DNA of 63,209 nucleotides, the filler included, from Choristocarpus tenellus KU-1152 (Eukaryota > Protista > Phaeophyceae): assembly GCA_964200185.2 (NCBI GenBank). It is 11 parts of 11 records of this genome, joined end to end, with 100 filler letters (N's around TTAATTAATTAA, not from the genome) between each part and the next. Parts side by side here need not be neighbours in the genome. Positions count along the whole stretch, not along the records: positions 51,756 to 54,419 come from CAXNAD020025838.1; positions 54,520 to 59,806 come from CAXNAD020011260.1; positions 59,907 to 63,209 come from CAXNAD020020926.1; 8 more parts are not named here. One strand, given 5' to 3'. A model generated the notes under the pieces. The model searched no databases. It was not told where the DNA came from and worked only from the letters and a program-made list of their open reading frames with translations. Each line of letters opens with the position of its first letter. Position 1 is the first letter of the stretch. The position numbers and the translations under genes were made by a program. This document shows, piece after piece, positions 53,162 to 63,209 of the stretch.

Positions 53162-54374
53162 CGCCCGCCAGACCAGGTCAAACACTCTTTGACATGTTCA
53201 GACCATTTGGACAGGGTGATGTACCAATCCATGTCCACTACTGGCAAGTCTAACTTTTTATCTTGCATGCCCGGACCATGGCCACCAGTTCATTTTTTAT
53301 CTGGCATGTCCAGATTATGTCAACTACAAATAATACAAGGGTGAATGGGAGGCATTCGCACACACAGATATCACAATTCACTCAACAATGATTTTGTATT
53401 AAATTTTCAAGTTCAATATTCTAAATGAGATAATATAAAAAATGTAGAAATATCACTGTGTCAATAATATATTTAGTACTTACGTTAGAAATTTGAAATT
53501 AAGAATACAATGTTTCAAAGAAGAGAAGACGCACATAATACATACTACCATCACTTGTTTTGTCTCACACAATGGCCAAATACAGTCCCCTCTTGAACAC
53601 GGTCAGAAGCAGCGACGACGACGTATTAAAAATTGACAAGATAAGGGGGTAGGGAATAAAAAACATAACATAATACATAAAGGAAGAAATAAAACTGAAG
53701 CAAAACTGAAACGACAGTAATAGCAATGGTGTGCGCTGTGTACCAATAGGGGGTAAGTGTCCACAAAAAAGGACAAAATGTGAAAGAATACACAATTATT
53801 ATTATTCACGTTTTGTTTTGGCCATTTCTCCACGAATACAAGACGTTGATTGATCTACGGCTCGAACTGAACCTCTGAATATAGTTGTTCAGGGGGGATT
53901 TTGATTATCTTATTTTGTTCTGAAATGGTTCAGAATTTGTTCCGATAAGTGGAAACGAAAAAGCGATACAACGTCTGTTACAGGCGAATAGTGCGAGCAA
54001 TTCTTTCTGCGTGTCAAAATACGCGAACAGTATACATACGTAAGAATTCATATAAGAGGAACTTTGAATTGATAGAAGCTGCAGAGTAGGATTTGCAATG
54101 CATACATAACCTTCCAGAATAGATGTCGATTCCTGAAAGTTGCAGAATAAAGATTTATGATTGGAGTATTTACACAGCAGTTTGCAGACGTCATTTAACT
54201 GTTTGGCTGTAGAAAAACGGTGAATGATGTTAATAAAAGGCTGAGTTGTTGACCACACGACTCAGTTCTTCGATTCTTACCCTCTTTTGATAAAGCAAAA
54301 AGCGAGGCATTGACTGAGCTAAGCATCAACTGACACCAAATGTGGTCATCATCTAACAGTGGATTTCAAAAACT

Positions 54375-54419
54375 GAGGATGGAGCGTACTATGGAGGATG
54401 GGTTTGACCCAAAATTGAC
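54375..54419 (+). mobile_element. Repeat family D start, cut by gap
   Basis: GAGGATGGAGCGTACTATGGAGGATGGGTTTGACCCAAAAT is nearly identical to 23032-23072. Confidence 0.65.
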
Positions 54420-54519
54420 NNNNNNNNNNNNNNNNNNNNNNNNNNNNNNNNNNNNNNNNNNNNTTAATTAATTAANNNNNNNNNNNNNNNNNNNNNNNNN
54501 NNNNNNNNNNNNNNNNNNN

Positions 54520-57500
54520 CTGTGTTGCCCCCTCTCCAGCCTGCCAACAATGATGCGCTGGAGCTTTCTACCAATGACGCTTCAGCCACCGGCGCCAAGC
54601 TTCGCCGAGGATGGGCGCAACCCATCCCGGTCAATGAACAGGGTAACTGCTGCAAGCGCTTAGCCTGTGTGAAGAAGTTCGCGGCAGATAGGAAGTCCTT
54701 CCTTGCACGCACGTTGGCCAAAGAGCAGGACATCATCCGGGCGTGTGAGAACCGCCGCGATCGCAAGCATTTCGTTGGCGACCGTGTACCTGTGATTAAG
54801 TTGGGACCTGGAGGTGGATCTATGCTCGTGGCCGGTATTCCCGTCTGTACGCAGTTTTTCAAGGCATCGTTCCGAATATCCAATCATGTCATCGACGCTG
54901 GCAAAGGTGCATCTAACGCAAGAGCATCCACCGGCCTGGAGAGGTGGGTTTGATGTATGTACACAGTGTTATTTGTGCCTGGTATATTTTACCCCCTGCT
55001 TGATGATTGAACAGTAGTCCTATCTCAGAACAATGTAATCCGACCGTACTCATCACATTCACTTTGCAGTGACCATGCCTAGATGTCTGATATTCAAAAT
55101 TAGAGATCCCCCCAGCGTGGAGTTATGTGTTACCTATGTTTGTATATACACGTGCGATATGTTTATTTATGCTTCAACAATATCATCTCATCCGGCCGTC
55201 CCCGCGCTGCTGCAGCAGTTACCACGTGTAAATTTATACAGAATTAGAGATCCGCTGCTGGCATACAGTCCCTCTAGGATTCTATCCCCCGTCCCTTGTA
55301 TCCACCTCCAACACATCTCCCATCCATTTATATACATACGTGTGCTACTACAACAAGAACGGCACGAACGAAGAGATAAGGACATGGCTCCGAAGCGAGA
55401 CCTGGTGATGTCCTGGATAGACTACTGGGCTGATACATACGGGCAGTTCATGCCTCACAAGTCCACAATTGTGATCTACGCCGCGAACAAAGAGGTAGGT
55501 TTTGCCCTTGGTTGTGGAGAGATTGGCCGCACCCTGTGTTGGAGTTAGTTGCAAACCGTGTGACCCAGCAGTATGTAGAAGAAGTGGATCGAAGTAGTAT
55601 TTTGAGTGGTGGATGTTTATTACTTTGACCGGTCTGATGTTATGGTTAAAAGAACATGTGAAGATTCGTACCAAGGGCTATTTTTTTCGTTTGCTATGTC
55701 AAGACTACAATGGTGATGATGATGCTCTTCGTCGCTTTTACGAAGGAAGACACAATAACTGTTATTTCAACGCCGTGTACACCTACTCTGCGGCCCTGGG
55801 CCCGGTCTGACATTGGTAGTAAAAGTGTGTACTTCGTATGTCTAAAACGCTTCGCGATGATGATGATGATGATGGTAGATTCACCTCCTTTGCCACTTCT
55901 GCAAACGGCAGCAAGGCCGAAACAGAATGACGCTCTTGGCAGATTTACGAAGATCATTGTATTTGCTCTTTCGTAACGCACGATGTAAGCTTGCTTGATC
56001 CTATCTTCCGTTTTCTCAGTCAAGTTATTGGTCAGCCCGCCTTCGAGAGATCTTGCAGGGGTGTTCTTCGAGTGTTCCTTCTCAATAACTCCTCACTTGC
56101 CCACACAACCAACATTATTAATCAGGAGCTATACAAGGATTTTTGCAAAGAGGCAATACGGGTGTATCCTGACGACCCTTCCAAGAGGGTAAGCAGGGCG
56201 CACTTCCTCCGATTGCTCAGAAAGGACAGGCCGAACATCAGGGTCAGGGTAGGAGGCGAATTTATGAAATGTGACATATGTGTCATGTTAAAAGAGAAGC
56301 GGCATGGTACGCCTGGTGTAAAACCCACGAACGACTCCACCGTTCTCGACTCCATCGATAAGGAGCTGTCGGACCATCGAGAGGTAGGTGTCCAGCGTTA
56401 ATTTTGTTACAAGCGTACAGTGGCAACATGTCGCCGCCATTGCCCTCCATTGGGAAGAACATCTGTTGCCTTTTGCGAATGAAGACTCCCACGCAGGTGC
56501 TTATGGCAGCAGCAGAAGCCTCACTCACCGCAAAAATGTTGTTATTACCTGCCCAAACACCTTGTATGATAGACTGCTTCCTGGTCGTCTACAATGGGCT
56601 GTGGGAGGGACAGGTCATGTAGCGGTCTTCCGGCCCCGTACGTACGTACTTCCTACCATCCCGATAATACTGTGTTTGTCTTGAACGCAGCAATAAAAAA
56701 CATATCCAAGGACAAACATTTATTGTTGCCTACACTCCGTTTTTGTTACTAACCTGGAACGTGTTAACAAGTGGCCATTTTTTTACAACTCTGATCAGAT
56801 TTATTTGATTTACAGATGTGATATTCCTCTCCCCCATTCGCCAGATTATCCAAGCAGATCGGCTGGTCATCGCCAACAGCACCAGCAGCGCCATGCAGGC
56901 CAAAGCCGACAGTAAACCTCTCGGCTTCGTGTTCATGTCTGTGGATGCCGCGAACCAGACAGCACACGCCCTCCCAGCGCTTTACCCACCTACCCACGGC
57001 GGTGACAGGTAACCACACGCACGCATAGTCCATCTGACAACAAGTTTGCAGCTGCACGCAGAACAGAATAAACAACCCTGTTTTATTCTACGAATGAGTG
57101 CAAAGTCCCAAGAAATAACCGCCAAAACAGACGCACATAATTTCACTACCTATTCCGTTCATCATGATGACGACACACTGTAGAACCTTTCTTTACATGT
57201 TTCTTTGGTTCATGTCCTTGTTATCAGAGGCTACTCTGAGCGCCAGAAGATCATGGCCGCACACGTCGAAGGCCAGTTCGCGAAGGTGTTCTTCACTTCT
57301 ATCAATCTTGGAGGAGGTACATATTGTGGGTCGAGGCAAACAATCACATGACTGAATAGATGCTGGTTGCACATGCATCACTTGATTTACCGTCGTGGCA
57401 AGTGGACCTGCCGTAGATTAGGTACCCGAGGACGAGTACATCCTTACACGATGTGCCTACAGATACTGCAGGCCTAGTGAACAGTCAATTAACTGATGAT

Positions 57501-59806
57501 GCGCTGTGCTCCTCTGCCCTCCTACGCCTCAGCCTAGGGTTAGGGCGAGAGGAGCGTAAGAGCTAATCAAGGAGGAGGAAAACCCACGGACATGTATATC
57601 AGCCATTTGGGTGTATGTGCTCTACATTGCAAAAACAAATTCCATTACCCCTCTTTTTAGCTCCAAGTAAATAATGTGTAAGCAAGCAGAGTACTATTTG
57701 CAAACTAACGATGGACATCATCGTTCGCGCAGGTTGTAACCTTGTCTGCACAGCCACCCACCTTGCCCTCACATGGCTTATCGACAAGTACCACAACAGC
57801 CTCGATCACGCGGGGAGTTGCATCATCCAGCACACGCATTGGCAGGTAAGAAAGTTTCATCTTGACACGACCTACTCAACACATACTCGCTGAATACCGG
57901 TCACCAAGTAACTAACTGCACGGTCTTTAGTTTTGGTTTGTGTGTTGCAACCCGCATGTATGATGGCGGTGATGTAGAGCTTGCACTCTAGCACTACTGG
58001 AAACACGCCCTGTTCCTCCACGAAACGCGGCGAAATGGGCTGACATATCGGCCTCACGCCTATCCCTCCCTCACTCCCAACTCCCCAAACTGGCCAGGTC
58101 GACAACTGCGTCTCAGAGAACAAAAAAAAAAATCTTTCTCGGATATGAGGGGCTGTTGGTCGTGGCGAGTGTCATTCGTGTGGTTGAGATACATTTTATG
58201 ATGGGGCACATGCACATCAAAATCGATCAGATTTTCTCCAGGTAATTAGGCAAGATATGCAAGTGCGATAGCCACATGGTGTTTTGATACGTTCAAATAC
58301 TGCCTTGAGGTTTCCAGCTCACGCTTGTTGCATCCATGGAAGGTTTATGGTCATACACTGTAATTGATTGATTGGCTTTTGATTTCCCCACAACAAAATT
58401 GAACGATAAGAGCAGCTGCCAAAACTGTTTTGTAACCTACTCTCGAAACAAAACAAAAAAAATGTATGCATCACCCCTTTTCATATATATACTTCCATAT
58501 ACATGCATCGGAGCATGTGCCTGCATATATACATTACTTCTCCACTTCGTTTCTTTCGCTCCCGCCTCGAAATTAACTTCCTTGCATTTCACCTTCAGGT
58601 TCTCACGTGGTATAAAAGGGAAGAACATATTCACAAGAACACAGCTGAGTGAAGAGCTGCAGGCCTCTTACACGGAGGTTCCAGTCTACTGGAAGACCCT
58701 ACGGAACGAGGGCAACTTCAAAGGACTTCTTCGTGGTCGCGTCAACCGTGTGCCCAATATTACGAGCTACAGGGCTTTTTGCGTTGAAAAAGGCGGTGAT
58801 GGGCGGGTTAAGGTTAGCGTAAAGCAATACATGAACAGCACCGAATGTAGTGGGATAGGCCGAGACCTTGCTATCGACCCCAACGCCCCTCCGCACAACC
58901 TCTTCATCGGCCACCCGCCTCGTATCCAAGATGCACTACCCTACCAGCTCAAGAGCGTTCCCGAAGACGTCATCCTGAAGGTGGAGCAGCGGTACCAGGC
59001 GTTGCACGAGCGCCTCGCTGCTGCGTACCCACTGGGTAAGTTGATTTTTTCGTAAGGGGAGTTGATGGCCAATTTTTGTATTCGGTGGCAGCCAAACAAA
59101 TCTGGTGCAACTTCTGTACGAGGAAGCCTTTACAGCCTTTACAAAAACAACCTTGAAAAATATTCCATTCTCATGCGTAGTGATCGTCGCGTGTCACAAT
59201 AAAAAGTAATATAGATTACCCCCGATAAATGTTTTGAGGGTACCGGTCTTGTACTCAACAGACACGAATCCGACGAAATATACACCCTCCCTATCACTGT
59301 ATGCTCCCTGAGTGCATTCGTGAAACCTCACGCCTGGTTACAAAGTAACATTCATGCTTCCATACCGTTGATGTTCTCATGCTCATGGATTCCACCTTTG
59401 CAGACAATGAAGCCGTTCAGAGAGCGAAACACGAGCAAATCGAGTCTGTGCGGCTTCTCAAAAAGACAGGAGAACGAGAGTTCGACCTCCCAGTCCATTG
59501 GCTTCCCACCGATGACGATGACACTGGAACTGGTACCAGCGACGTCGAAGACACCGACCAGGGCGAACGTTCGGTTGGAGGAGATAATTTCGTCAGCGGT
59601 GACAATGATCTCGGCGGACTCGAGGAAACAGACTCTTCCTCATCAGACAGTGACAAGGAAGAAGCTGGGTCCCGTCGAAGAGGTTGGCCTCATGCTACGT
59701 TGACATTGGCGAACCATGGAAACCTCGTCTTCGTGCAGGAAGGCAGATTTTCCTTTTTTGTGGCAACGGAGGCGCTGCTCTTGGTCGGCAAGATCCTAGC
59801 GGAGCG
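54520..59806 (+). mobile_element. Intron-rich Sola/DUF7869-like DDD transposase gene, both ends in gaps; exons <54520-54943, ~55374-55494, 56126-56383, 56845-57008, 57228-57316, 57733-57845, 58098-58241, 58599-59035, 59404->
   Basis: CCKRLAC and FMKCDIC Cys motifs; MSVDAANQ, GCNLVCT, QVDNCVSENK, FMMGHMHIKIDQIFSR match the D..DNC..NKN..GHTH..IDQ.FS pattern; splice phases consistent from 56126 on; +1 frameshift in A11 run 58122-58132. Confidence 0.78.
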
Positions 59807-60467
59807 NNNNNNNNNNNNNNNNNNNNNNNNNNNNNNNNNNNNNNNNNNNNTTAATTAATTAANNNNNNNNNNNNNNNNNNNNNNNNNNNNNNNNNNNNNN
59901 NNNNNNGGCATAAGGCTTCACCCTGTCTGCATAGCCTGTGCTATTACCGATGCAGCGTCGATAAATCCTCCTTCCAATCTGCGCTCAGATCCAACCACAG
60001 AACAAGGATGTGCGGTGATTGACATTTTCAAGATAGTTCAGTTCCATTATTGATATATCTCCGATGATATTGGTGGAGTGATAGTGTACACTGATACTTG
60101 TGAGAATAATACCAGAGATGTGTACATTCTCTTCTCATGAAGGGAGGGGAGCGACTGGGCACCAACCTCAATAACCAATCAGTGGGTGACCTAGTGGGCA
60201 GAATGGATCCGTCCAGAGAGGCAAAATATTCTTTTGAGCACTTATCTTTGTGAGCTCTGTGCAAAGCATGGTGCCAGTGTCTCCAAGGTAGATCAAGGGA
60301 GACAATTTGCAGGGCAGACTGAACCGTTTTTTTTCGGACAAATATCAGTGATACGACTTGGTTATTTTTTCTCAATTCTACCGTTTCTGACCCAGAAGAT
60401 TTTCAAGTGCCTGTGGTAGATGAAAGCTGACCTATCAACCAGCACCGCCCTCAATCAAGGGGAGAGT

Positions 60468-60707
60468 GGCTCAAAGTATCTAGGGGGGGGGGGTGGCAGC
60501 TGTCCATTTGGGGCCAATTTTTTCATGTCGCGATTTTTGAGTGAATTGGTTCCATTAGTCGGATGGATAATGAAAGTGCATTTTTCCCGGGTTTGGCCCA
60601 AACGGACACCCCGGTGTAGACCTGCCCGCCCCCCCCCCCACCACGGTCGTGTTCTTGTCTCTCTCGTTTGTTNNNNNNNNNNCCCCCTCCCTCAGATACT
60701 TTGGTTC
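60468..60707 (+). mobile_element. MITE family A, complete copy spanning a 10-N gap
   Basis: GGCTCAAAGTATCT ... AGATACTTTGGTTC with AGT on both flanks. Confidence 0.8.
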
Positions 60708-60794
60708 AGTGTTATGCATAGTGTTGTGGACTGTGACAGTTCAATCGGCTTTGAGTTCAATTGATCGAAATAACAGAATAACTAGACATAATAT

Positions 60795-60887
60795 TTTGGA
60801 TGGATAATGTAAATGCACTTTTCCTGATTTTGTCCCAAATGGACACCCTGGTGTAGACCACCCCCCCCCTCCCAGATACTTTGGGTC
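60795..60887 (+). mobile_element. MITE family A, 3' half
   Basis: GGATGGATAATG...CCAAATGGACACCCTGGTGTAGA-C tract-AGATACTTTGGGTC. Confidence 0.78.
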
Positions 60888-61217
60888 TGACTTCAGTGTT
60901 GATGTAAACTACTCCGGTTCACAACACTACAAATACACAGGAATACCCACTCGCTACAAGGGTTGGAGCTTTTCCCCCCTCTCTCCATGACAGAGGCTCT
61001 AGTATTGGGATTCAACCTCAGCACAACTTGAAAGGGTGGAGGACAGTAATGACTCAAGGTGAACCACGACGTCAAGGTCGGTTACCTCCAGCCATTACCT
61101 GCATTGCTTGAAGCATTGGGAGCATGGAGTCTAAAGTGGACATGGGCCTTCAGTTCTGGTTGAAACCCACAACATACATTCAATATAGGGTTCTGTGAAT
61201 GATCTCAATGGCCATAC

Positions 61218-62777
61218 CTCCCTCAAGTTTTGTCCTCCTCTTGACATTATAAGACAGGAGAGGCTTGGCAACACGCCCATGAGTTGAATGCTATATTGGA
61301 TTCCTCCCTGAGAAGTCATTTGCTGCAAGTACTGGATTCATTGGTTGCAAGGGTTGTATGTTCAATTGAAAACTGTTCAGTTTGAGCACTAGAGTGATAG
61401 TCAATACTTGAGTCAAAGCATTTCAGAGGGTAGGAGTTTTGCCCCGTTTGTCTGTTCAGGGTTTTGCTTGCCACGGGTTTTTTATGATAATGATAATGAT
61501 AATGATAATGATAATGATAATGATAATGATAAAGATAATGATACATTTGAGTTGGGAGAGAAGACAGCTTCAACCATTAGCATTGGGTGATGTGGTTTTG
61601 AACAGAATATCTCAAAGCACCTCCACACAAGGAGCACCTTGCAGCCAGAGTTTCCTCTCCTCTCCTCTCCTCTCCTCTCCTCTCCTCTCCCACTTCTCAA
61701 TTTATGACAACTTTGGCCTTCTGGATTGCATACGTCTCCTAATTTCCGCACTTGTCTTGGACAAGCCACTCTTACCTAACCCTAAACCTAGCCCATGCTT
61801 TATGCTGCTGTGTGTTAGACCGCCAGTCTTGCTGCCTTGAATGAGTTGAGCTACGACAACTCCACTTTTCGAAAATGTTCATGTTGTTTTTCCCTCACCA
61901 TCACGATCTGCATGATATTTCCTTCGGCAGGTATGATCTCTAAGGGCAGGTAAGGCCTTTTGCTGCTGTGTTAAATAAGTTTTTTATCTATACATGTAGA
62001 ACTTAAGTTGACACTGACACAAGCACTGCTATTATCATAAGTTTTTAGACGATGTATACCATCTGATCGGCATGGTGAAGGCCAATCCAATTTTGAAGGC
62101 CATCTAGAAAGGTCGATGATGTTCGCTTTGGGTTGTGTCACAAAATGTCCAACTGCCCTCTATAATCTTGTCCTGAAGTAGTTCGTAATGAAAACGATGA
62201 TGAAATTCATACTGAGCTGGTGGGGGATATTGCGATTTTCGAATCGATTCCTAACCCTAACCCTAACCCTAATGAGGCCAATTGCCATTTCAAACAAGTG
62301 ATCGGTTTCTTCACGGTACACACAACAACTGAAAGGGGGAGGTGGAAGAAGGACACGTACACGTTGATGGAAACAACAGCTGCAAGAGTGACAATCTAAT
62401 AACAACACAAGGAACGGTGAGATCGCGCTTAGAAGAATGATTGGGTGGGTACAAGCAAGAAGGTCCACAGAGGAAGCATAATGTGGTGGTGAAGAAAGGT
62501 GAGTACATGTCTATTCATGAACATGTCTCTTTCCATCAAAAAAAAAATCGTCTTGGTTCTAGTGACATGCAGTTGAGTCAGCAGTGGCATTGGTCAATTA
62601 ATTCCCACTTCCTCAAGCCTACGTTTTCCAAAACCCCACCTTGAGAGCAGACCACTCCCGATCAAACGCCTTCCTCCTTCCCTCACCCGGGAAGACTCTC
62701 TTCAATACAACATCTTCCCCAGTGAAGACCTTCTTTGCAAGCCACACCTCACTCGATCCGCTGGCGCAGGCAAGAGT
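61218..62777 (-). CDS. Protein-kinase-like N-lobe exon fragments (62777-62687; 61331-61218), possibly pseudogenic
   Basis: AG/GT-bounded exons TLACASGSSEVWLAKKVFTGEDVVLKRVFP (subdomains I-II like) and YSIQLMGVLPSLSCLIMSRGGQNLRE (IV-V like); no HRD/DFG found and intervening phase unresolved. Confidence 0.35.
61410..61542 (-). mobile_element. Truncated MITE family B running into a (GATAAT)n microsatellite
   Basis: GAGTCAAAGCATTTCAGAGGGTAGGAGTTTTGCCC...TTTTTATGA then (TAATGA)n. Confidence 0.75.
61654..61690 (+). repeat. (CCTCT)n microsatellite
   Basis: Directly visible. Confidence 0.9.
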
Positions 62778-63137
62778 CTATATTGAAAACAAAAAAAGGT
62801 ACTAGTGCACGTTAGGGTCAGGGTTAGCATGTTTTTGTTTGGAAACGGAAAGTGCCGACCGTGTTGCATCTCTGCCAGAGGAGCACCAAGAAGAGATGAG
62901 ATGAAGAAACCTTCAACGACAATGTGAGCCTTTGATTATAGATTCTCAGTGTACCAGTATGTGTATGCATATATATATATATACAGCATCTGTCTAGGCC
63001 AGGTATTCTAGATTGTGTCTTTTTCCATGTGACTGCTTCAGTGGTGTTCGGGATCTTGGTACGCCCTCAAGCAGGTCGTATGTAGGGAAAGCAATATCTG
63101 TTTGTCAATTGATATCTACCACGTTGTACGTACTATA

Positions 63138-63209
63138 GAGTGAAAGTATCTTAGAGGGTACGAGTTTTGCCCTGTTTGTCCATTTGGGGCTTGGCTTCCC
63201 ATGTTTTTT
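63138..63209 (-). mobile_element. MITE family B end (cut by window end)
   Basis: GAGTGAAAGTATCTTAGAGGGTACGAGTTTTGCCCTGTTTGTCCATTTGG. Confidence 0.82.

Noticed and set aside
61316-61840. ORFs with YH, DN, IM and SL dipeptide runs
   Set aside because: Translations of the (GATAAT)n and (CCTCT)n microsatellites
126-63209. Most short six-frame ORFs in the supplied track
   Set aside because: Called with prokaryotic start rules on an intron-rich genome; they are intronic, antisense or repeat-derived

Overview
Eukaryotic draft scaffold of about 11 contigs joined by an artificial 100-nt linker (N-TTAATTAATTAA-N), so adjacency across gaps is unproven. Intron style, interstitial (CCCTAA)n and DD39D mariners suggest a stramenopile, possibly a brown alga or relative (inference). 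Phase-consistent spliced genes were rebuilt by hand for an mS38/COX24-like mitoribosomal protein, a CTDSPL2-like CTD phosphatase (3'-truncated by a gap) and an SGTA/Sgt2 co-chaperone. Weaker calls are a TPR pseudogene and DCAF15-like, ARM-like and kinase-like fragments. Mobile DNA is abundant. It includes two related MITE families (A, about 180 bp; B, about 255 bp) with shared termini and 3-bp TSDs, and two decayed DD39D mariner elements with Stowaway-type ends. There is also a foldback-like inverted repeat and a CpG-rich, at least 9-exon Sola/DUF7869-like DDD transposase gene with a candidate terminal repeat family. No rRNA, intact tRNA or CRISPR array was seen.
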